Of a stretch of 64,000 nt of DNA, positions 1 to 7,958 are shown piece by piece. Origin of the DNA: Candidatus Bathyarchaeia archaeon (lineage in GTDB: Archaea; Thermoproteota; Bathyarchaeia; Bathyarchaeales; Bathycorpusculaceae). A program made the translations under genes and the position numbers. The stretch spans positions 32,001-96,000 of the forward strand of contig JBEKBM010000003.1 of the NCBI GenBank assembly GCA_050015395.1, in the 5' to 3' direction. Positions within the stretch are counted from its first letter, which is position 1. Each line of letters opens with the position of its first letter. The notes below the pieces were generated by a model. The model ran no database searches. It saw only the letters and a program-made list of their open reading frames with translations, and was not told the DNA's origin.

Positions 1-611
1 CCCTGCTCAAGCGAAGCGAATGTGAAGAATGCACCGAACATTGGTGAGAGAAGCCTGGAAACCTTGCCTTGTTCACCCATGCAGAAACAGACAAGTTTAG
101 CCTTGCTTGACATGGAAGAAACAAAATTCAGCACCGCCAGATTGTCTTCGATTTTCTTTGCAGCTGTCACTATTTTGCAGACGATGGCTCCGCCGGCAAT
201 TTCTTTTTCCAGAACCGTTTCCATTTCACAAACACTTAATGCGCCGTCGAATTTGTGGTAGGAAACGATTGGTTTAGCGCTCAATAGCTTGAGTTTTTCG
301 ATTGTTTCTTTATGTTTTGGGCTTGACAGGTTAACGTCAACATATTCGAAGCCGTTCTTGGCAGCGTTTAGTAATGTTTGTTGCCGCTCGGTTTCTGTTC
401 CAGCATAAAAGCCTTTTTCAATCAAGAGCTTGTTTGTTGCGATTAGCGGAACTTTGGTGCTTTTAACAAGTTCTGATAGGTTTCTGGACGCTTCAAAGCA
501 GTCTAGCCTAACTTCTATGAGGTTTGCTTGGGCTTTTTCTGCCCTCTCGATGAGACTTAACGCTTCAAGATTATTTTTTGGGAGAATCGAGACGCAGATT
601 CTCGCTGTCAC
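1..611 (-). CDS. aroD: Type I 3-dehydroquinate dehydratase (runs off the window edge)
   Basis: Translated by hand from GTG 611, overlapping the aroB' stop (GTGA): MTARICVSILPKNNLEA...ANLIEVRLD...IVSYHKFD...FCMGEQGKVSRLLSPMFGAFFTFAS; type I DHQase motifs; operon context. Confidence 0.9.
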   Translation of the reverse strand, partial: MTARICVSILPKNNLEALSLIERAEKAQANLIEVRLDCFEASRNLSELVKSTKVPLIATNKLLIEKGFYAGTETERQQTLLNAAKNGFEYVDVNLSSPKHKETIEKLKLLSAKPIVSYHKFDGALSVCEMETVLEKEIAGGAIVCKIVTAAKKIEDNLAVLNFVSSMSSKAKLVCFCMGEQGKVSRLLSPMFGAFFTFASLEQ

Positions 612-1648
612 TTTTCTATCACCGTTTCTTCAGGCACGGATACGCCGAAGTGTCGGCCTCCTTTCGCGGCTATGTGCACTATGACTTCATCGTTTGGTTT
701 TAGTTCTGTTACTGGTTTTGAAGCTTTCGGTGTCACCACTCGTATTGTTTCGGCGTTTTGAAGTATAATCTTGATTTTTGTGTCGCCGACTTGGGCTTCG
801 ATTAGGAGTAGAGGTCGAAACTCAATTTTTGACCGTCCCACATTTGTTATTCGAGCTTTTCCTTCCCTATTAATGATTAAAACTTCATCGCCCGCTTTCA
901 ACTCGGACAGATACCGAGTACCCTGCAGAGAAGTTAACGTGTAGTTTGACGCTGCCCCGGCGTTTACCCGGAAAGGCCTAGAATTTACGTAGGGGTTTTC
1001 ATTTACTTCAGCCTCTACAAGAAAGAAGCCTGCGGATTGGCATCCGACCAGCATTCCTTCGCCCGGAACCATTAAGTCAACAGTGTCCACGCAGACTCTG
1101 GCTCCACTGCTAATCGGTTTAGTTGATACGATTTTAGCTACAGTTAAAGTTATTTTGGGCATTTGCTCTTTAACGATTTTGGTGGCTTTTGAAAGCTCGT
1201 TGGGGTTTGAGGTTTTTAGCAAAACACCGTCGGTTCCTAGTTCTAGGGCTTCAAGAACCAGTTTCGCGTCTTCTGCGGTGGTGACTTCGGCGATTAGTTT
1301 GCTTTTGCCTCTTGCCTTCGCAATCAAATTTTCAAGCGGAATTACCCGCCAATCAAGACAGTTAATGATAATGTAATCAACCCCGAGTTCTGCCGCTTCG
1401 ACGGCTTTATTTTCGTCTTCTTTTCCCTTTATGCTGATTTTGATGGCGGTTTTTTTACCCTCGTTTTTGTGTTGGGCTATTTTTTTCTCGTTTAGTTCAG
1501 TGAGGAAGGTTATGTTTAATTTGCCAGAGCGGTTACCCGCCTGGGTATCTTCAATGATTACGTCAGCGTTTTCATGGGCGAGGCTGAGTAAAGTTTCTTT
1601 TTCTTGCGGTGAAGCAGCTTGGTCTATTTCTACCCATAGTTCCTTCAA
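608..1648 (-). CDS. aroB': 3-dehydroquinate synthase II (archaeal AroB')
   Basis: RVCVDT, GEGMLVG, SRPFRVNAG, YLSELKAG, LQNAETIR, GRHFG motifs. Confidence 0.95.
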   Translation of the reverse strand: MKELWVEIDQAASPQEKETLLSLAHENADVIIEDTQAGNRSGKLNITFLTELNEKKIAQHKNEGKKTAIKISIKGKEDENKAVEAAELGVDYIIINCLDWRVIPLENLIAKARGKSKLIAEVTTAEDAKLVLEALELGTDGVLLKTSNPNELSKATKIVKEQMPKITLTVAKIVSTKPISSGARVCVDTVDLMVPGEGMLVGCQSAGFFLVEAEVNENPYVNSRPFRVNAGAASNYTLTSLQGTRYLSELKAGDEVLIINREGKARITNVGRSKIEFRPLLLIEAQVGDTKIKIILQNAETIRVVTPKASKPVTELKPNDEVIVHIAAKGGRHFGVSVPEETVIEK

Positions 1649-2436
1649 TGGTGCTCACCGAGAATTTTAAGCGCTTGCTCTACGCTAACGCCGTCATGAA
1701 CGATTGCTGATAGCGCTTTAACTATTAAAGTTGGGTTCTCGTTTTGGAACACGTTTCGTCCAATGGAGAGTCCTGCAGCGCCAGCTTTTATTGAGTCATG
1801 TGTGGTTTGGAGGATTTCTTGGGATGTTTTGCATTTTGGTCCTCCAGCAATTACCACTGGAACTGGGCAGCTTTCGACGACTGTTTTGAAGGTGTCTATG
1901 TTGCCTGTGAAGTTTGCTTTAATTATGTCTGCGCCTAGTTCAGCGCCAATTCTTGCAGCGTGGGCTACCACGTCAGGCGCATGTTCGTTTTGTATTTTTG
2001 GTCCACGAGCGTACATCATTGCAAGCAGCGGCATACCGTATATGTCGCATTCGTCGGATACTTTGCCTAGGTTACTTAGCATTTTGTCCTCGTCTTGTGC
2101 ACCAACGTTCACGTGTACGGACACTGCATCTGCGCCTAAGCGTATGGCTTCTTGAACAGTGCACACTTGGACTTTACCGTTTATGTTCGGGCTAAGGTTT
2201 GACATGCCTGATAACTGCACTATTAAACCTGCGTTTCCAGCGTCAACGTATTTGGCTATGCCTTTGTGGACTAGTACGGCGTCGACTCCACCTTTGAGGA
2301 GTTGATTGATTATTTGCTGCATGTCGATTATTCCTTGGATTGGGCCGATTGTTACGCCGTGATCCATGGGTACGATTACTGTGCGGTTGTCTTGCCGCAT
2401 GATTCTTTTTAATCGTCGTGTTTTTCCTTGGTTCAT
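1645..2436 (-). CDS. aroA': 2-amino-3,7-dideoxy-D-threo-hept-6-ulosonate synthase (class I aldolase family)
   Basis: IVPMDHG, GADAVSVHVNVG, AELGADIIK, GLSIGRNVFQ; adjacent to aroB'. Confidence 0.93.
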   Translation of the reverse strand: MNQGKTRRLKRIMRQDNRTVIVPMDHGVTIGPIQGIIDMQQIINQLLKGGVDAVLVHKGIAKYVDAGNAGLIVQLSGMSNLSPNINGKVQVCTVQEAIRLGADAVSVHVNVGAQDEDKMLSNLGKVSDECDIYGMPLLAMMYARGPKIQNEHAPDVVAHAARIGAELGADIIKANFTGNIDTFKTVVESCPVPVVIAGGPKCKTSQEILQTTHDSIKAGAAGLSIGRNVFQNENPTLIVKALSAIVHDGVSVEQALKILGEHH

Positions 2437-2452
2437 ATTTAGTCACCTTTGC

Positions 2453-3700
2453 TTATTTGGAAGTCCTTAATGAGTTTTTAATTAGTTTCAAGGCTTTTTC
2501 ACGTTCATTCCAATCTACAAAGAGCAGAATGCTTGATGTTATGGTTAGTATGCCTGAAATGTTTATCCCGTTTAATCTGAGGTCTTCGCTGATTTTTCCT
2601 ATTATGCCGTGGGTCTCTTCTAAGCCGACACCGCTTGTTTTTATGAAGACTAGGTCTTTTTTGACCGCCATTGCTATGGTTTCTTTATTGTTCTTTGTGA
2701 TATCATGAATATCATTAAAGAGCACGTCCAAGTTTTTTTCTTGAGAAGCGTAAAGTATAATTGAGTTTGTGTTCATTGACATGCCGAGAAGCAGGGAGTG
2801 CTGTTTGGTTTTTTCCACCATTTCTTGGATGATTTGGGGGTTTGCGGAGATGCCGTTTCCGATTACTGTTATTTCAGCGACTGGAAAGGGATGTGCTATT
2901 TCCGCGTCCAGTTCACTTGCTAATGCGCCTGTGATTACTGTGCCTTCTTTAGTTAAGTTGCCGTGTGCGTGGTTGATTACTCGGACGTTGATGTTTTTTG
3001 GTTTGTACTTTAAGGCTTTGCTGTGAATAAATTTGGCGCCTGAATCAGCTAAGCCTACTAGGGTGTTAACGTCGATTTCTCTTAGGCGTTCTGGGTTGGA
3101 GACAGTCTTGGGATCACCTGACATTATGCCATCCGCGTCGGTGACTAAGACGATTTCGTCAGCGTTTAATGCTTCAGCTAGGACAAACGCGGTTGTGTCG
3201 CTGCCGCCTCTTCCGAGAGTGGTGATTTTGCCGTCTTTAGTTTTGCCAAGGAACCCAGCGACTACTGGTATTATACCCTTTTCCATAAGGGGCAGTATGC
3301 ATTCACGAATATTTTTTTCGCAATCTTTCAGGATTGGATTGGCGTTTTGGAATGCTGAGTCAGTTATTATTGGCCAGTTGTTGTCTATTGGGTCAAAGTA
3401 GCAGGATTCTGCACCGTTAGTTTTTAGCGCAGCAGCGAATATTCTTATGCTGGTTCGCTCACCCATCGAGAGGATATCATCCAAGTCTTTTTTCTCTAAT
3501 TTTCCATTGGAAGCGTTTTTCGCTGTCGTCATAAGGACATCGGTTGTTTTGCCCATAGCGGAAACTACAACGGCGACCTGTGTGCCTTTTTTGGCTTCGT
3601 TCACGACGGCAACAACCGCTTTTAAGAGCCTCTCGTGATCCGCTAGGCTAGAACCACCAAATTTAACAACAATTCTTTCGTTAGAGGTATTTTTTTCCAT
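2453..3700 (-). CDS. lysC: Aspartate kinase (feeds aspartate semialdehyde to AroA')
   Basis: VVKFGGSS, VVVSAMGKTTD, TTLGRGGSDTTA, TDADG motifs; C-terminal ACT-like region. Confidence 0.92.
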   Translation of the reverse strand: MEKNTSNERIVVKFGGSSLADHERLLKAVVAVVNEAKKGTQVAVVVSAMGKTTDVLMTTAKNASNGKLEKKDLDDILSMGERTSIRIFAAALKTNGAESCYFDPIDNNWPIITDSAFQNANPILKDCEKNIRECILPLMEKGIIPVVAGFLGKTKDGKITTLGRGGSDTTAFVLAEALNADEIVLVTDADGIMSGDPKTVSNPERLREIDVNTLVGLADSGAKFIHSKALKYKPKNINVRVINHAHGNLTKEGTVITGALASELDAEIAHPFPVAEITVIGNGISANPQIIQEMVEKTKQHSLLLGMSMNTNSIILYASQEKNLDVLFNDIHDITKNNKETIAMAVKKDLVFIKTSGVGLEETHGIIGKISEDLRLNGINISGILTITSSILLFVDWNEREKALKLIKNSLRTSK

Positions 3701-3718
3701 CTTTTACACCCATGCTTT

Positions 3719-3756
3719 GCCCAGAACTTTGCTTAAAAAATTTCTTAGTTCTGGGC
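3719..3756 (-). promoter_or_regulatory. Perfect 10-bp hairpin between leader peptide stop and aspartate kinase RBS
   Basis: GCCCAGAACT (3719-3728) / AGTTCTGGGC (3747-3756); 18-nt loop containing a U6 run in the mRNA. Confidence 0.7.
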
Positions 3757-3840
3757 TTAAGGAAAATAATGATAAAAGTAGTAGTCGAAGCTAAGGAGTT
3801 GTGATGCACTTGTTTCTATCTTGCTTTTGCAATTAGACAT
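3757..3840 (-). CDS. Putative Phe/Tyr-rich leader peptide MSNCKSKIETSASQLLSFDYYFYHYFP (27 aa)
   Basis: ATG 3840 to TAA 3757; 7 of the last 10 codons are Tyr or Phe; lies between a BRE-TATA element and the aromatic biosynthesis operon. Confidence 0.75.
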   Translation of the reverse strand: MSNCKSKIETSASQLLSFDYYFYHYFP

Positions 3841-3878
3841 TGTAGCTTCGAACCCTTGCTCAATCAGTCATCATCCAG

Positions 3879-3896
3879 AAAATATAAGCGTTTCGG
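3879..3896 (-). promoter_or_regulatory. BRE-TATA promoter of the leader/aro operon
   Basis: Minus strand CCGAAACGCTTATATTTT about 40 nt upstream of the leader ATG. Confidence 0.55.
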
Positions 3897-4619
3897 AAAC
3901 AGCAGTAGATCCGCAAGTGCTTTAGCAAAAAGAGCCTAAAGTTTTCATTGGTTTTGCTTAAAGTAACTTTGCTATTTGGGTCTTCTTCTATGTCATGGTT
4001 TTCAATAGGGTAAAATATACGTGTGTAGGCTACTACCTACCGGGGGGTCAAATGCATATACGTTTTGTAGATACAATTTGACGATACAGTTTCAAAGAAC
4101 AGGCGGGAGAGCATATGCCTAAAGCGTTTAAGGCATTCAAGTGCGAGGCATTGCAAAGTTAGTGCTCTTAGCCATTGGAGGAACCTGCAATGTTAGTGAC
4201 AGGCGCTCAGGTGAATACTCCACAACATCGTTTAGCAGTTTTCAAGCTTTACTAAAGCTCACCTGCGGAACTACTGAACAGGATGACAGTTTAACTGATA
4301 AGTGCCTAACTATGACATGCCAGTTTCTAATTAAATAGCATACAAGCCTAAGGGGGGTCTACTTTTAGCCTAGGTGTTTGAGTAGCAAAAAGACTACCCT
4401 ATTTGGTCAGTCGACTTGTAAAACAAGCCTTTGTATGCTGTTATGCTTTCTTTTGCTTTTCTTCAGCTAAGCATCCACAATAAAAAATGTAGTTTCAAGA
4501 AACAAAAAAATAACAAAATCGCTCCGCTAAGAGCAAATTACGAGCCAGCAGTTCATTGCGACGGGGTATAGTCTTTATCAATTTGACCGTGCTATAAAGA
4601 ACCTAAAGAAGGTATTCGA

Positions 4620-5456
4620 TTGAAAGTGCAAAGGCAAAATGATTGGCAGGAAATCCTCATCCAATGCAAAAACAACGTGCAAACCAGCATTCAACCATGC
4701 TTATCAACCGTCAGGGAACCTCAACCTAACTTGGGCACGGGCGCTGGCGGAGACGCTATGAAGCCGGTGGATTTGGCGGCTGAAAAAGCAATAGTTGACA
4801 CCCTAAAGCAGTATAGTGTTTCTTTCACTTTGATTAGTGAAGAGTCAGGGGTAAAAAAATTCGGCGCGGCACCCCAAGAATGCTTTGTTACAGTTGACCC
4901 GATAGATGGGACCACGAACTTGATGCATGGTTTGCCCTTCTATGCTTGCTCTATTGCGGTTTCGGGAAAGCCCATGCTTGCCGATGTTTACGCGAGTATG
5001 GTTGCTGACCTTTTCCACGATGTAACTTACACTGCACTTGAAGGGAAGGGGGCTTATCGGGATGGCGAAAAAATACAGACGTCAAAGACTGCTTCTTTGG
5101 ATGAGGCAGTTGTAGGCTTAGACTTAAACACTTACAAAGTCAAGGAGTTCGTGCCTAAATTAACCGCTTTGATTGAGAAAACAAAGCACATCAGGCACTT
5201 TGGCGCTAACGCACTCGAACTTTGTTACGTTGCCAATGGCTTGACAGACGCGTTTGTAGATGTTCGCGGGAAGCTTCGCACGACTGATGTGGCAGCTGGC
5301 TTTCTGGTTGTGAAAGAGGCTGGCGGAATAGTTTCTACACCTGAAAATCAAGTCTTAAACGTTGCGTTGGATCCTAAGCAAACCTTAAGTTTCATAGCTT
5401 CAGGTAACATGGAAATTCATAGAAAAATCATAAGCTTGGTTAAATCCGCATGTTAA
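4620..5456 (+). CDS. suhB: Inositol monophosphatase / FBPase family protein
   Basis: ISEESG, VDPIDGTTN, ALELCYVA, DVAAG motifs. Confidence 0.88.
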   Translation: MKVQRQNDWQEILIQCKNNVQTSIQPCLSTVREPQPNLGTGAGGDAMKPVDLAAEKAIVDTLKQYSVSFTLISEESGVKKFGAAPQECFVTVDPIDGTTNLMHGLPFYACSIAVSGKPMLADVYASMVADLFHDVTYTALEGKGAYRDGEKIQTSKTASLDEAVVGLDLNTYKVKEFVPKLTALIEKTKHIRHFGANALELCYVANGLTDAFVDVRGKLRTTDVAAGFLVVKEAGGIVSTPENQVLNVALDPKQTLSFIASGNMEIHRKIISLVKSAC

Positions 5457-6292
5457 ATTTGCTTTGGCCTCACCCTGCAGCACTCATAAAAAATGGAAAA
5501 ACTAAAACTCTTCTTATCGCTGACCCGCACCTCGGCTGGGAAATGGGGCTTCAAGAAAAAGGCATCCATATCCCAAGCCAAACGCCTAAAATTCTCAACA
5601 AACTAACGGCAATAATCACCAAGTACAAGCCAGAGCAACTGGTTATCCTTGGCGACGTAAAGTACACGGTTGTTTCCAGTGAACTGGGCGAGTGGCATGA
5701 TATCCCAGATTTTTTTGCAAAACTACAAAGCTACGTTGGCGACATAGCTATTGTACGTGGTAACCATGACGCTAACCTTGAACCGCTGCTACCAGAAAAC
5801 GTCAAGATTTTGCCTGCAACAGGAGAGGTAATTGGTGATGTAGGCGTTTTTCATGGTCACAAGTGGCCCTCGCCAGCCTTGCTGCAATGTAAAACGTTGG
5901 TTATGGGACATTTGCATCCAGTTGTGGTTTTTCGTGACCCTGCAGGCTTTAAAATTACAAGGCAAGTGTGGATGAAAGCAAACTGTGACACGGAAGCTTT
6001 AGCGAAGATTCTGTTGCAAAAACACAACGTAAAAATCGAAGGCACCGTTGCTGAAACACTCAAGAAGCACTATAATATCAGACTGAAGGCGAAGGAAATT
6101 TTCATAATGCCAAGCTTCAACGATTTCCTAGGCGGCAGACCAGTAAACGAAACAAGACCCAGAAAAGAAATTGGTAATGAAGCGTTGATTGGGCCAGTTT
6201 TGCGTTCGGAAGCCGTCGATGTTGATAATTCTGAGCTTTATCTTTTGGACGGCACTTATCTTGGGACTTTAAACCAGCTCAGGAGCCTATAA
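5450..6292 (+). CDS. Calcineurin-like metallophosphoesterase
   Basis: ADPHLG, ILGDVK, RGNHD, FHGH, MGHLHP motifs. Confidence 0.88.
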   Translation: MLNLLWPHPAALIKNGKTKTLLIADPHLGWEMGLQEKGIHIPSQTPKILNKLTAIITKYKPEQLVILGDVKYTVVSSELGEWHDIPDFFAKLQSYVGDIAIVRGNHDANLEPLLPENVKILPATGEVIGDVGVFHGHKWPSPALLQCKTLVMGHLHPVVVFRDPAGFKITRQVWMKANCDTEALAKILLQKHNVKIEGTVAETLKKHYNIRLKAKEIFIMPSFNDFLGGRPVNETRPRKEIGNEALIGPVLRSEAVDVDNSELYLLDGTYLGTLNQLRSL

Positions 6293-6686
6293 GAAAAGTC
6301 CAAGTGAACTACTCGCCCGCTTACAAAAAGAAAGAAAAAAATTTTTAATGAACCTTTCAGCACCCGTTTTAAGCTTATTTTACATAACAGAGCCTGTTTC
6401 AGGCTGATTCGTCATGTCACGCATCAACATTGAAACTCGTCACGCAAATACATAGAAACCTGACAATATCAATAACCTAAAACAACTACCTTGAAGGGCA
6501 CCTACGCCTTCCTTTTCCTTCCCCTAATGGCCGAGGGATTGGCTGAGAAAGAAGTCACATTTGCCTAAGATGGCACTTGAGGTTCTAAATTAGCTGAGAA
6601 GACTATTGATTAGTGAGGGTTTGCTGGTTAACTCTTATATTTCCCTGCATGTTATAAGCATAACATAGTTTGAGGGAGGAAAAAAA

Positions 6687-6842
6687 ATGAAACTAGTAAC
6701 AGTCCTGTTACCAGAAGCTTATCTGGAAGGTTTAGATGAATTAGTCCGTGCTAACATGTATCCAAGCAGAAGCAGCGTAATTAGGTCTTCAGTACGCGAC
6801 CTACTTAAAAAAGAGCTCTGGGAAAACAAACGCCAAAGATAA
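6687..6842 (+). CDS. Ribbon-helix-helix regulator, CdrS-like (51 aa, not in ORF track)
   Basis: MKLVTVLLPEAYLEGLDELVRANMYPSRSSVIRSSVRDLLKKELW...; GGAGG SD; TATA-like CTTATAT upstream. Confidence 0.85.
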   Translation: MKLVTVLLPEAYLEGLDELVRANMYPSRSSVIRSSVRDLLKKELWENKRQR

Positions 6843-6846
6843 ACCG

Positions 6847-7614
6847 CTAAGTACGCTTTAATGAAGCACAAAGTTTCTTTGCCACTTGAGCTGGGTCTTC
6901 TGCAAGAGTGATTTCTCGCCCAACGATGAGGTAGCTGGCGCCTGCTTTAAGCGCCGTTTCCGCGGCTCCACCCTGGACGCCGATGCCAGGTGAGTAAATG
7001 GGCACTTTTTCCCCAAGAATCTGCTTTATTTCCGCTATTTTTTGCGGGTAAGTTGCTCCGACCACCACTCCGTCAGCACCCCACTTCAAGGCTTTTTTAG
7101 CAAAAGAAACATACTGCAGCGTTTTTCCTCCTGTTTCAGCGTCGATTATTGTTTGGCCGTAGCCTTCAATAGCTCCTTTATGGCTCATGTAACAGAGAAG
7201 TATGACGCCTCGCCCAAGCCGCTGGGAAACTTCAAAGAGCGGTTTTAAGCCTTCGTCCCAGCCTACGAACGGGTTAGCGATTAAAGCGTCAAAACCAGCA
7301 GCATAATAATAATCCGCTATCACCTGATTAGTGGCTCCGATGTCGTTTACTTTAGCATCCATAATCGCCAACAGTCCTTGTCCGCGGATTTGCTCCACAA
7401 GTGGCTGCACGCCGTCAAAGGTGCCGAGCGGAAGCACAAGATGATGATTTATCTTCACGGCGCAAATGTAGGGGTGGACTGCTTTGAGGATTTTTTGGGC
7501 TTTAACCAAAATTTTACTTCGGTTCTCTGGAGCTTCAAAGGGAAAATCCAACGCCAAAACAATTGGTGAATTCTTACTTTTGGCTGCTTCTTCCATTTCC
7601 GCTTTAAACGACAA
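6847..7614 (-). CDS. pyrF: Orotidine-5'-phosphate decarboxylase
   Basis: IVLALD, DAKVNDIGAT, VVGAT, SPGIGVQGG, IVGREI motifs. Confidence 0.93.
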   Translation of the reverse strand: MSFKAEMEEAAKSKNSPIVLALDFPFEAPENRSKILVKAQKILKAVHPYICAVKINHHLVLPLGTFDGVQPLVEQIRGQGLLAIMDAKVNDIGATNQVIADYYYAAGFDALIANPFVGWDEGLKPLFEVSQRLGRGVILLCYMSHKGAIEGYGQTIIDAETGGKTLQYVSFAKKALKWGADGVVVGATYPQKIAEIKQILGEKVPIYSPGIGVQGGAAETALKAGASYLIVGREITLAEDPAQVAKKLCASLKRT

Positions 7615-7958
7615 AGTGATGCCTCTTGCTCTACTGTTGAACGCTTAGCTATTTCATTTTTTCGCCTGTTCTCGTATTTTGCTCATTGAAACAATATAAA
7701 TGATGTTGAAAAGCATTGAAAAGCAATGAAAAACACCGTCGTCGGTTCCATGCAGAACTATGTTGAATCATATTTGAAGCATATTAGAAGCATCTAGTAG
7801 ACCCGGGGGTAGACTAATGCGCACACACAACTCGAAAGCAAAAACCAGCCATTAAAAGTGAAATTTATAAGAGAAGCTTAATTTCCTTCAACAAATAGGC
7901 ATATAAGAATAAGTGCAAGCTAACTCCATAAATTTGCACTACTTGCAAGGGAAAACAA

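Noticed and set aside
4020-4380. Replication origin (ORB G-strings)
   Set aside because: No TTCCAGTGGAAA-type ORB core and no adjacent cdc6/orc1.
7727-7798. Small ORF MKNTVVGSMQNYVESYLKHIRSI upstream of aconitase as a second leader peptide
   Set aside because: No cluster of one amino acid and no associated hairpin; a separate TATA lies closer to the gene.
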